Positions 9,806 to 19,223 of a DNA stretch of 64,000 nucleotides are shown one piece after another; the stretch's first letter is position 1, and each line of letters starts with the position of its first letter. Source of the stretch: SAR86 cluster bacterium (GTDB lineage: Bacteria; Pseudomonadota; Gammaproteobacteria; Magnimaribacterales; D2472); assembly GCA_023703655.1 (NCBI GenBank), contig CP097973.1, forward strand, positions 971,831-1,035,830. The letters run 5' to 3'. Below the pieces are notes generated by a model. It did no database searches. It was not told the origin of the DNA and saw only the letters and a list, made by a program, of their open reading frames with translations. The position numbers and the translations under genes are program-made.

Positions 9806-11458
9806 ATGAAAAACATTGCACCTTCTATAAGATCAAGCATCGATAAAGATTCTCAAGAATTTAAAAGTAACAAAAAAATGATGGAAGAAAAATTAAATTT
9901 TCTTGAGAAGCTGCTTGATAAAGCTGAATTAGGAGGTGGATTGCATCATCATGAGCGCCTTGCAAAGCGAGGCAAAATGCCTGTAAGAGAGAGGGTATTT
10001 AATCTACTGGATCCTGACACACCATTTTTAGAAATATCACCGTATGCAGCTTATGGAACAGAATTTACTGTAGGTGGTGGTTGTGTCTCAGGAATTGGTG
10101 TAGTTGCTGGGACAGAATGTGTTATTTTTGCAAATGATCCCTCTGTTCTTGCAGGTGCTATGACGGTCTATGTTGGTGAAAAATGGAATCGTGCAATTGA
10201 AATTGCTAGGGTAAACAGGTTGCCTTATATAAACTTTGTTGAATCTGCAGGAGGAGATCTTAGGATGGGAACTGGCAATAAAGGAGATCAGCCACCTATT
10301 GCACCCACTATAGGACATTCACATTTTGCTGCATCTGGAAGATTCTTTTATGAAATGACCGAGCTTTCAAAAATGCGAATTCCTGTTATTTCAGTTGTCT
10401 TTGGTTCATCGACTGCTGGAGGAGCCTATCAGCCTGGAATGTCAGACTACAATATTTTTGTGAAGGACCAAGCCAAAGTTTTTCTGGCTGGGCCTCCGTT
10501 GGTGAAGATGGCGACTGGTGAAGAATCGGATGATGAGACACTTGGAGGCGCAAAGATGCATTCAGAAATTTCAGGATTATCAGATTATCTTGCAGATGAT
10601 GAAATGGATGCTATTAGGATATGCAGAAATGTAGTGTCACATCTTCATTGGCAAAAGGATGGATTTATACCAATTCATAACGGTGACAATCCAATACTTG
10701 ATCAGGAAGATTTACTCGGGCTTGTTGACGAGGATTTAAAAAATGCGCTTGATATTAGAGAAATTATTGGTCGAGTTGTTGATGGCTCAAGATTTGAAGA
10801 ATACAAACCACTTTATGGGGCGAGTATGGTATGCGGCTGGTCTATGATACACGGATATCCAGTTGGAATATTAGGAAATAATGGTCCAATTTATCCAAAA
10901 TCAGCTGAGAAAGCAGCAACTTTTATACAGTTATGTAATAAAACTAATACGCCATTGATCTTCCTTCAAAACGTCACGGGATTCTTAGTTGGTAAAGATT
11001 TTGAAAGACAAGCAATTATTAAAAAAGGATCACAAATGATCAATGCATTATCAAATTCTACCGTACCACATATCACAATAATCATAGGTTCTTCATATGG
11101 AGCAGGTACTTATGCTATGTCTGGAAGGGCATATGATAATAGATTCACTTTCCTATGGCCCACCGCAAAAATTGCTGTAATGGGACCAAAACAAATTGCT
11201 GGTGTTATGTCTATAGTGCGACGCGCACAAGCGCTAAGAAAAGGTGAGAAATTTGATGAAAAGGCTGATAAAGCTATTGTTGAAATGGTAGAGCAAGCTG
11301 CAGAACAGATGTCACTTGCATTGGTGGCTAGTAGCATGCTGACTGATGATGGCATTATCGATCCCAGAGATACACGAACTGTTTTAGGGCTTTGTCTTTC
11401 ATTAGTGAATAATAAAAAGGTTGAGGGTGCGTCTGAATTTGGAGTATTTAGATTATGA
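9806..11458 (+). CDS. Acyl-CoA carboxylase carboxyltransferase subunit (AtuC/AccD2-like)
   Basis: STAGGAYQPGMSD, FLAGPPLVKMATGE, SYGAGTYAMSGRAY, DDGIIDPRDTR. Confidence 0.93.
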   Translation: MKNIAPSIRSSIDKDSQEFKSNKKMMEEKLNFLEKLLDKAELGGGLHHHERLAKRGKMPVRERVFNLLDPDTPFLEISPYAAYGTEFTVGGGCVSGIGVVAGTECVIFANDPSVLAGAMTVYVGEKWNRAIEIARVNRLPYINFVESAGGDLRMGTGNKGDQPPIAPTIGHSHFAASGRFFYEMTELSKMRIPVISVVFGSSTAGGAYQPGMSDYNIFVKDQAKVFLAGPPLVKMATGEESDDETLGGAKMHSEISGLSDYLADDEMDAIRICRNVVSHLHWQKDGFIPIHNGDNPILDQEDLLGLVDEDLKNALDIREIIGRVVDGSRFEEYKPLYGASMVCGWSMIHGYPVGILGNNGPIYPKSAEKAATFIQLCNKTNTPLIFLQNVTGFLVGKDFERQAIIKKGSQMINALSNSTVPHITIIIGSSYGAGTYAMSGRAYDNRFTFLWPTAKIAVMGPKQIAGVMSIVRRAQALRKGEKFDEKADKAIVEMVEQAAEQMSLALVASSMLTDDGIIDPRDTRTVLGLCLSLVNNKKVEGASEFGVFRL

Positions 11459-13383
11459 CAATCCGTTCAATATTGATTGCAAATCGAGGAGAAATAGCTT
11501 GTCGAGTTATGCGAACAGCACACTCAATGGGAATTAAGACTTTTGCTTTATATATCGACGAGGATAAAAAATCACCACATGTTAATTTTGCTGACCATGC
11601 TATCAAAATACAAACTAATTACATGGATATGGACGCTATTATTAATATAGCAAAAAGTTATAGCATTGACGCAATACATCCTGGCTATGGTTTTTTGTCT
11701 GAAAATGCTTCATTTGCCAGAAGAGTTCAGTCAAATAAAATTATATGGATCGGTCCTACTCCAACCGTTATAAAAAAAATGGGGGATAAGTTGCAAGCAA
11801 AAGAGATAGCAAAGAAAGTTAATATTCCAACTCTTGATACCGTTGAAAAAGTTTCGCTTGCAAAAAAAATTGGCTTTCCATTGATGATTAAAGCTGCTGC
11901 AGGAGGTGGTGGTAAGGGAATGAGGATTGTAAAGGATTCTGCAAGTTTAAAAGATGCTGCTTCAGCAGCAAAAAGAGAAGCACTATCTGGATTTGGAGAT
12001 GACAGAATATTTTTTGAGAGATACATTGAAAAATCAAGGCATATTGAAGTTCAAATCTTAGGAGATGATAAAAATGTTGTACATCTTGGAGAGAGAGAAT
12101 GTTCAATTCAAAGGAGACATCAAAAAATTATTGAAGAATCACCATCGAGGAGATTATCGGAGGAGCTTAGATTAAATATATGTGAAGATGCAAAACGAAT
12201 AGCTCAGGCAATAAAATATACATCTGCTGGCACAGTTGAATTCTTGCTTGATGATAAAACTGGTGAATATTGGTTTCTGGAAGTAAATACAAGATTACAA
12301 GTTGAGCATCCTGTAACAGAAGAAGTAACTGGAGTAGATATCGTCCAAGAACAAATTAATATTGCTAATAAAAAATCTATTTCATTTTTAAATAATGATG
12401 CCGCTGACCTTGGTCATTCATTTGGACATTCTATTGAGGTTAGAATTTATGCAGAAAATCCGGAAAATGATTTTTTACCTGAAACAGGAGAAATATTTAT
12501 TTATCAACCCTCTGAAATCGATGGAATAAGATGGGAATCAGGCATTAATTCTGGTACTAAAATAACAACAAATTTCGACCCAATGCTCTCAAAAGTAATA
12601 AGCTGGTCAGAGACAAGAGATGAGGCTGCTGCAATTCTAGCTAATGCTCTAGAAAAAACAATCATAGGTGGTGTTAAAACCAACAAAGATTTCCTTATAA
12701 ACTGTTTACGTAATAAAGATTTTATTGACGGCAAAACTACCTCAGATTTTATTAGCAAAAGTAAGCCATCAAGAAGTAAAGTACTACTTGAGGAGGATGA
12801 AAGAAAATTCCTAATTATTGCTGCAATATCCAATGCTCTTAATAATCAAAAAAAATTAGGTGTTTTAAACTTTGTTCCTGCTGCTTGGACAAATGGTCGA
12901 ATTCCCAAGCAAAGAATAAAATTAGAGTTAAATGGAAAAGAAACAGAGGTAAGCTACAAATACCTTAAAGATGGCTCAATAGATATCTTAGATACAGTTT
13001 CAACAGTAATATCTGTGGAGGAAAATAAACTTATAATTGAGATTGACAGTGAAATTATAGTTTCGTCTATATATACCAAAGAAAATAAAATTGTAATTGG
13101 AAATAGTTATGGCTCGATCGAAACAAATATACTTCCAAGATTCAAAATTCCGGGAGCTAATCTACAGGAAGATGGTCTTGTTGCGCCAATGCCTGGAAAA
13201 GTGATTGATATACAAGTTAAAAAGGGCCAAAAAATTAAAAAGGGGCAGTCCATATTGATAATTGAGGCCATGAAAATGGAGCAAACTATTAAATCTCCCA
13301 AAAATAGTATAGTAAAGCAAGTTTTGGTCTCTAAATTACAACAAGTTGAAAACGGTGAGTTGTTGGTTATTTTAGATGACTGA
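11455..13383 (+). CDS. Acyl-CoA carboxylase biotin carboxylase/BCCP subunit (AtuF/AccA2-like)
   Basis: IANRGEIA, HPGYGFLSEN, RECSIQRRHQK, EVNTRLQVEHPVTE, biotinylation motif EAMKM. Confidence 0.95.
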   Translation: MTIRSILIANRGEIACRVMRTAHSMGIKTFALYIDEDKKSPHVNFADHAIKIQTNYMDMDAIINIAKSYSIDAIHPGYGFLSENASFARRVQSNKIIWIGPTPTVIKKMGDKLQAKEIAKKVNIPTLDTVEKVSLAKKIGFPLMIKAAAGGGGKGMRIVKDSASLKDAASAAKREALSGFGDDRIFFERYIEKSRHIEVQILGDDKNVVHLGERECSIQRRHQKIIEESPSRRLSEELRLNICEDAKRIAQAIKYTSAGTVEFLLDDKTGEYWFLEVNTRLQVEHPVTEEVTGVDIVQEQINIANKKSISFLNNDAADLGHSFGHSIEVRIYAENPENDFLPETGEIFIYQPSEIDGIRWESGINSGTKITTNFDPMLSKVISWSETRDEAAAILANALEKTIIGGVKTNKDFLINCLRNKDFIDGKTTSDFISKSKPSRSKVLLEEDERKFLIIAAISNALNNQKKLGVLNFVPAAWTNGRIPKQRIKLELNGKETEVSYKYLKDGSIDILDTVSTVISVEENKLIIEIDSEIIVSSIYTKENKIVIGNSYGSIETNILPRFKIPGANLQEDGLVAPMPGKVIDIQVKKGQKIKKGQSILIIEAMKMEQTIKSPKNSIVKQVLVSKLQQVENGELLVILDD

Positions 13384-15151
13384 TCTTATTAAAATTGGAA
13401 ATTGTAGTGGCTTTTATGGAGATAAACTCTCTGCTGCTAAGGAAATGGTTGAAGGTGGAGACTTAGATGTTTTAACTGGAGACTATCTTGCTGAACTCAC
13501 TATGACCATTTTGTTCAATCAGCAAATTCAAAGAGGAGAGGATAAAGGTTACGTAGGAACTTTTTTAAAGCAAGTCAAAGAAATAGTCCATACATGCAAA
13601 AATAAAGATATAAAGATAGTCACAAATGCGGGCGGATTGAATCCTTCGTCAATGGCAAATGAAATTGAAAAAATATTAAAAGAAGCCGAATTAGATTTAA
13701 AAGTGGCATATATAACTGGTGATAATTTAATGCCAAAACTCGAAGAATTAAAAAATAAAGGTGAAGATTTTATAAATATTGATAAAAATATTTCTTTGGA
13801 TGAATCAGGCCTAGGAGTACTTACAGCTAATGCATATTTAGGTGCATGGGGCATAAAAGAGGCATTAGATCAAGGAGCAGATATAGTTGTATGCCCGCGT
13901 GTAACTGATGCTGCTGTTGTTATTGGTCCAGCTGCCTGGAAATTTAATTGGCAAAGAAATGAATATGACAAATTAGCTGGCGCTTTAGCGGCGGGACACA
14001 TTATTGAATGTGGGTGTCAAGCAACTGGTGGAAATTATGCTTTTTTTAGAGAAGTTGATAGTTTTGATAATGTTGGTTATCCCATAGCAGAAATTCAAGA
14101 AGATGGTAGCTTCTTTATAACAAAACATCCGCATACTGGTGGATTAGTTTCTATTGGAACTGTTACTGCACAAATTCTCTATGAAATTTCGACACCTGCT
14201 TATATTAATCCAGACGTTATTGCTCATTTTGATACTCTTGAAATTAAACAAGTCGCCAAAGATAAAGTATTTGTTTCAGGTTGTAGAGGCAGTTCGCCTA
14301 CAGATACACACAAAGTATGCATGAATCTCGCTGGTGGTTACAGAAATGGGATGGAATTAATCTTAACTGGTCTTGATATTGAAGAAAAAGCAAAAGTTTT
14401 TACGGATACATTATTTAATTCGATTGGGGGTAAAGATCAATTTGATGAGGTGTCTATTTGCTTAGATAGAAACGATAAAGAAGATCCTAATACAAATGAA
14501 GAAGCGATGGCATTTTTAAGAATAAATGTAAAATCTAAAAATCAAGAATTAGTTGGTAGACTTTTTAGTGCAAAAATTATAGAACTTGCTCTTGCGAACT
14601 ATCCTGGATTTACTGCGAGTGGTGGCTCAAAACCTGGTGGACCGATTTTAATTTACTGGCCAGCACTTATTGATTCAAAGCATATTAAAGAAAAAATTCA
14701 TTTTGCTGGCAAAGAAACTGAAGTAATTCCTACCAGTCAACTTGATTTAGATGAAGTCTATTATCAAAAAACAAAGGTTGATATACCCCCTGCTCCCAAA
14801 GGAAAAACAACATTAAAGCCACTTGGATTAGTTTTTGGTGCAAGATCCGGAGATAAAGGAGGTTGTGCCAATCTTGGGCTGTGGGCAAAAACCTCAAAAG
14901 CTTACTCATTTTTGAGCGAATTCTTAACTACTAGCAAATTAAAAGAACTTCTTCCTGATTTGAATGAATTTGAAATAGATAGATATGAGTTACCAAATAT
15001 TCTATCCCTTAATTTTTATATTCATGGAATTCTCGAGGATGGAGTTTCTTCAAATTCACGAAAAGATGGTCAAGCTAAATCATTAGGAGAATATATCAGA
15101 GCGAAAAAAGTAAAGATGCCTATTGAAATAATGGAGGATCAAGTTGAATAA
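13376..15151 (+). CDS. atuA: Acyclic terpene utilization AtuA-family protein (DUF1446)
   Basis: GNCSGFYGD, DYLAELTM, AGHIIECG, ARSGDKGG, DGQAKSLGE. Confidence 0.9.
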   Translation: MTDLIKIGNCSGFYGDKLSAAKEMVEGGDLDVLTGDYLAELTMTILFNQQIQRGEDKGYVGTFLKQVKEIVHTCKNKDIKIVTNAGGLNPSSMANEIEKILKEAELDLKVAYITGDNLMPKLEELKNKGEDFINIDKNISLDESGLGVLTANAYLGAWGIKEALDQGADIVVCPRVTDAAVVIGPAAWKFNWQRNEYDKLAGALAAGHIIECGCQATGGNYAFFREVDSFDNVGYPIAEIQEDGSFFITKHPHTGGLVSIGTVTAQILYEISTPAYINPDVIAHFDTLEIKQVAKDKVFVSGCRGSSPTDTHKVCMNLAGGYRNGMELILTGLDIEEKAKVFTDTLFNSIGGKDQFDEVSICLDRNDKEDPNTNEEAMAFLRINVKSKNQELVGRLFSAKIIELALANYPGFTASGGSKPGGPILIYWPALIDSKHIKEKIHFAGKETEVIPTSQLDLDEVYYQKTKVDIPPAPKGKTTLKPLGLVFGARSGDKGGCANLGLWAKTSKAYSFLSEFLTTSKLKELLPDLNEFEIDRYELPNILSLNFYIHGILEDGVSSNSRKDGQAKSLGEYIRAKKVKMPIEIMEDQVE

Positions 15152-15955
15152 TCAGTCAGAAAAATTATCACTCAAAGGGCTAAAATTTGGAGCAATTCAG
15201 GTTGATATTAGCAACTATATTTTAAAGCTCACATTAAATAGACCAGATAAAAAAATGCAATTAATGAAATGATGGGCAATGAACTTGCATATTGTCTAGC
15301 CTTTGCAAAACAAGAGAAAAGCATAAGGGTTGTTGTTATTCAAGCAAAAGGTGATGTCTTTTGTTCTGGTGGCGATCTTAGAACAATGTCAGGAGAGGAT
15401 GAAGCTAAATCAAATGTTCCTAAAATTGGTGGTGGCACTGAAGAAATTAGTCTTAGAATAAGAAAGCTCAACAAACCTGTAATTTGTAAGATTCAAGGAT
15501 CTGTTTATGCTGGAGCCTTGCTTATGGTCACAAATTCAACTCATGCAATTGCAGTAAAAGATGCAACGTTTTCAGCACCCGAAATAAAGCGGGGAATTTG
15601 GCCATTTATGGTGATGGCAGGATTATTTAGATTGATGCCTAAGAGACAAGGATTGGATTTCATTATGAGAGGAAAGCCAATAGATGCAATTGCTGCCAAA
15701 GAATATGGCTTAATAAATGAAGTTGTAGTTTCTGATGAATTAGATGAAACAGTTGCAAAGTATGCCAATGAATTAGCTAATCTAGCTCCATCCACAATGC
15801 AGATTGGATTAAATGCATACAATGCACAAGAAGATATGGACTTTGAGGATGCAATTCCTTTTTTAAAGGAAGAGTTAGCAAAGTGTTTAAGTAGCGAGGA
15901 TGCAAAAGAAGGGATCACAGCCTTTCTTGAAAAAAGGAAACCCAATTGGAAATAA
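15144..15955 (+). CDS. Enoyl-CoA hydratase/crotonase, frameshifted at the A7 run 15249-15255 (ORF track shows only 15269-15955)
   Basis: TTG at 15144 after GGAGGA gives ...LTLNRPDKK; one extra A restores NRPDKKNAINE into FCSGGDL...PEIKRG...DAKEGITAFLEKRKP. Confidence 0.88.
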
Positions 15956-15956
15956 A

Positions 15957-16644
15957 AATTTATGAATCTTGACTATAACGAAGAATATAAAAGTTTTGAG
16001 AAAGAAGTCCAAGATTTTTGCAAACAGTATAAAGATATTTCATTTTCTGACAGAGCAAAAATTCCTTTTTCAGCTAAAGGTGGTAGGAACAAAAATACAA
16101 TTAAAAGATCTGATTGGCAGAAAATCCTTATTGAAAAGGGTTACTTTGCTAGATCTGTTCCAAAAAAATATGGTGGTTATGGTGGTGAGACTGATATTTT
16201 AAAGAGTAGGATAATTGCATCTGAGTTCTCAAAATTTAAAATCCCAACACCCATGGGTGGTCAAGGAATAGATATGTTGGTTCCAACTTTATTAGAACTT
16301 AATTTATGAATCTTGACTATAACGAAGAATATAAAAGTTTTGAGAAAGAAGTCCAAGATTTTTGCAAACAGTATAAAGATATTTCATTTTCTGACAGAGC
16401 AAAAATTCCTTTTTCAGCTAAAGGTGGTAGGAACAAAAATACAATTAAAAGATCTGATTGGCAGAAAATCCTTATTGAAAAGGGTTACTTTGCTAGATCT
16501 GTTCCAAAAAAATATGGTGGTTATGGTGGTGAGACTGATATTTTAAAGAGTAGGATAATTGCATCTGAGTTCTCAAAATTTAAAATCCCAACACCCATGG
16601 GTGGTCAAGGAATAGATATGTTGGTTCCAACTTTATTAGAACTT
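15957..16644. repeat. Exact tandem duplication, 2 x 344 bp (15957-16300 and 16301-16644)
   Basis: Both copies run AATTTATGAATCTTGAC...TTATTAGAACTT; identical translations in the ORF track. Confidence 0.97.
15962..16309 (+). pseudogene. Truncated duplicate of the 5' end of the downstream acyl-CoA dehydrogenase
   Basis: First 113 aa identical to 16306..17529, then NL-stop at the junction. Confidence 0.85.
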
Positions 16645-17529
16645 GGAACCGAGCAACAAAAAGAAAAATATATAAAACCAACTCTTTACGGAGAAATGAT
16701 ATGGTGTCAAGGATACTCTGAGCCTAATGCAGGTAGTGATCTTGCCTCATTACAAACAAAAGCTGAGTTAATTGATGGAGAATGGGTTATCAATGGTCAA
16801 AAAATTTGGACTTCAACAGCACAATATGCTCATATGATGTTTTGTTTAGTAAGAACAGAGCCTGATGCAAGCAAACATGCTGGAATTAGCTATTTACTTA
16901 TTCCAATGGATACACCTGGTATTGAAATTAGACCACTCGTTGATATGACTTTAAAGGCAGGTTTTAATGAAGTTTTCTTTACGGATGTGAAGATTCCTGA
17001 AACTAACATTGTAGGTAGTCGTGGTGAAGGTTGGGCTGTTGCAAATGCAACTCTTGGGCATGAAAGAGGCTCTTTAGCTCCACCAGATGCAATTATGAGT
17101 AGATTAAATATGCTCTTAGAGCTCATGCAACAGGAAACTCTTGATGGAAAACCGCTTTCTGATGATGCAATTTATAGAGATCGATTGATGAAAATCCAAG
17201 CCAAAGTTATGGCATTTCAGTCACACGCACTTAGGATCTTATCTGCAAAACTTAATCCAGGTCAGGATGTAAAAATTGGCAAAATGATTCAAAAGTATGT
17301 TGGTACAGAATTAAGACATGAACTTGAGGGGCTTGCTATTGATGTAATGGGTGAAATTGGAATCTTGTATGAAGATAGTCCATATCTTAGAGACAAAGGA
17401 ACTTGGCAATTCATTTATATGTATTTTCTAGGGCTAATCATTGGTGGAGGCACGAGTCAGATTCAAAAAAATATTATTGCTGAAAGAGGACTTGGCTTAC
17501 CAAAAGAACCTAAGGTGAGTAATAAATAA
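16306..17529 (+). CDS. Acyl-CoA dehydrogenase (catalytic-type subunit of second pair)
   Basis: WCQGYSEPNAGSDLA, LGHERG, GGGTSQIQKNIIAERGLGLP. Confidence 0.92.
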   Translation: MNLDYNEEYKSFEKEVQDFCKQYKDISFSDRAKIPFSAKGGRNKNTIKRSDWQKILIEKGYFARSVPKKYGGYGGETDILKSRIIASEFSKFKIPTPMGGQGIDMLVPTLLELGTEQQKEKYIKPTLYGEMIWCQGYSEPNAGSDLASLQTKAELIDGEWVINGQKIWTSTAQYAHMMFCLVRTEPDASKHAGISYLLIPMDTPGIEIRPLVDMTLKAGFNEVFFTDVKIPETNIVGSRGEGWAVANATLGHERGSLAPPDAIMSRLNMLLELMQQETLDGKPLSDDAIYRDRLMKIQAKVMAFQSHALRILSAKLNPGQDVKIGKMIQKYVGTELRHELEGLAIDVMGEIGILYEDSPYLRDKGTWQFIYMYFLGLIIGGGTSQIQKNIIAERGLGLPKEPKVSNK

Positions 17530-18611
17530 TGTATTTTGGTTTATCAGAAGAGCAAGTGTTTTTTCAAGATAACATAAAAAAGTTCTTATTGGAGCAGCTC
17601 ACGATAGATTCAATAAGAAATATCTCTAATGGTGATAAAAAATTAAAAATGGAGATTCATAAAGGATTATTGAATCTTGGTATTAATTCTTTAATAGTAC
17701 CAGAGAAATATGGTGGCCTTGGTTTAGATTTGTTATTTGGTGCAGCAGTATCAGAAGGTTTGGGATATGGAGTTGCAACATCTCCATTCATCGGTTCATA
17801 TGTAATGGCTCCTCTTATAATTAACTATGGTGGAAATGAAGAACAAAAAGAAGCCTATTTACCAAAGATAACTAGCAATGATTTAACTTTTGCGGTCGGC
17901 CTTTCCGCATATACAGGGGCTCGTGATAATGCAACAATCCATATCAATAAGAATAAAATCACTGGAAGATCTTTATTTGTTTATGATTCGACATATGCAA
18001 CTCATTTTTTAATAGCAGACGCAAATGGATTGATTGGTGTTATTGATGGATCATCTAAAGGTGTTTCAAAGATTCATTTAAAAACAATTGATAAAACTCG
18101 AGATTTAATTGAGGTTTGTCTTGATAAGGCAGATGTTAATATTCTTGAAAATACAACGAATATTGATGTAATTAATAAGGTTGTTGATGCTGGAAGAATA
18201 ATGCTAGCTGCAGATACGCTTGGATGTGCTCAATCGATGATAGATAAGTCAGTTGATTATGCTAAAGAAAGGCAGCAATTTGGTAGGCCGATAGGATCCT
18301 TCCAAGCTGTAAAACATATGTGTGCTGAAATGTGCTCAGATTTAGAGCCTTGCTATTCACTAGTTTGGCACGCTGCACATAGCTATTCAGATTTCTCAGA
18401 TGAATCTAGAATTATGGCATGTCATGCTAAATCACACTTAAGTGAAGTGGGAAAAGTCATCGCAAAGAAATCAGTTGAGGTGCATGGAGGAATGGGATTT
18501 ACTGATTTATTGGGCTTACATTATTGGTTTAAAAGAATTGGTCTAAATAGGCAATTGTTAGGGTCACCTGAAGTGACTAGAGAGGTTGCCGCAAAGATAC
18601 AGCTTAGTTAA
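17529..18611 (+). CDS. Acyl-CoA dehydrogenase (short partner subunit, ChsE-like)
   Basis: RQQFGRPIGSFQAVKH, VHGGMGFT; no SEP motif; 360 aa. Confidence 0.9.
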   Translation: MYFGLSEEQVFFQDNIKKFLLEQLTIDSIRNISNGDKKLKMEIHKGLLNLGINSLIVPEKYGGLGLDLLFGAAVSEGLGYGVATSPFIGSYVMAPLIINYGGNEEQKEAYLPKITSNDLTFAVGLSAYTGARDNATIHINKNKITGRSLFVYDSTYATHFLIADANGLIGVIDGSSKGVSKIHLKTIDKTRDLIEVCLDKADVNILENTTNIDVINKVVDAGRIMLAADTLGCAQSMIDKSVDYAKERQQFGRPIGSFQAVKHMCAEMCSDLEPCYSLVWHAAHSYSDFSDESRIMACHAKSHLSEVGKVIAKKSVEVHGGMGFTDLLGLHYWFKRIGLNRQLLGSPEVTREVAAKIQLS

Positions 18612-19203
18612 TTAATGATTCTAAAAGTGGGATTCTATCGTTCCCAAAAAACATCATGTTCTTATAAAAAAATGTAGGCGATCCAAAACCACCTCTTTTG
18701 ATCAAAGTATTTGTATTAAGCTTTAGTTGTTCTTTTGCTCCACTAGAATTAATAAATGAATCAAATTTCTTGGCATTGAATCCTAGCTCTTCAACAATTT
18801 GAATTAAATTGCCAGAATCTGAAATATCAATCCCCTCCTTCCAGTAACTTTCAAAAATTTTTTGTGTGTAAGCTTTTTGTTCATTTAAATCCTTAAAAGA
18901 AAGGCATCCTCTCATTGCTTTCACAGAATTTATAGGAAAAATATTTGGCCAATTAATCTCTATATTTCTAACCTTGGCCCACATTAATAGATCATTTGAA
19001 TAATATTCGTCTTTGATTTTCATTGGATTTTTTCTATATTCATAAACTTGTGGATTTATGGAATTAAATATTCCACCAACTAGAATAGGTACTAATCTCA
19101 ATTCAATACCACATCTTTCAGTTAACTCTTGAATACCAATGAATCCTAAATACGTCCAAGGACTTGAACAATCAAAGTAGAATTCGATATAGTTATCATT
19201 CAT
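18604..19203 (-). CDS. 2-hydroxychromene-2-carboxylate isomerase / kappa-GST (DsbA-like) family
   Basis: FYFDCSSPWTY, GGFGSPTF, FFGNDR. Confidence 0.9.
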   Translation of the reverse strand: MNDNYIEFYFDCSSPWTYLGFIGIQELTERCGIELRLVPILVGGIFNSINPQVYEYRKNPMKIKDEYYSNDLLMWAKVRNIEINWPNIFPINSVKAMRGCLSFKDLNEQKAYTQKIFESYWKEGIDISDSGNLIQIVEELGFNAKKFDSFINSSGAKEQLKLNTNTLIKRGGFGSPTFFYKNMMFFGNDRIPLLESLIN

Positions 19204-19223
19204 TCAAATAAATTTTATTCTAA

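Noticed and set aside
15957-16644. Duplication as CRISPR or IS
   Set aside because: Two long coding copies, no spacers, inverted repeats or transposase
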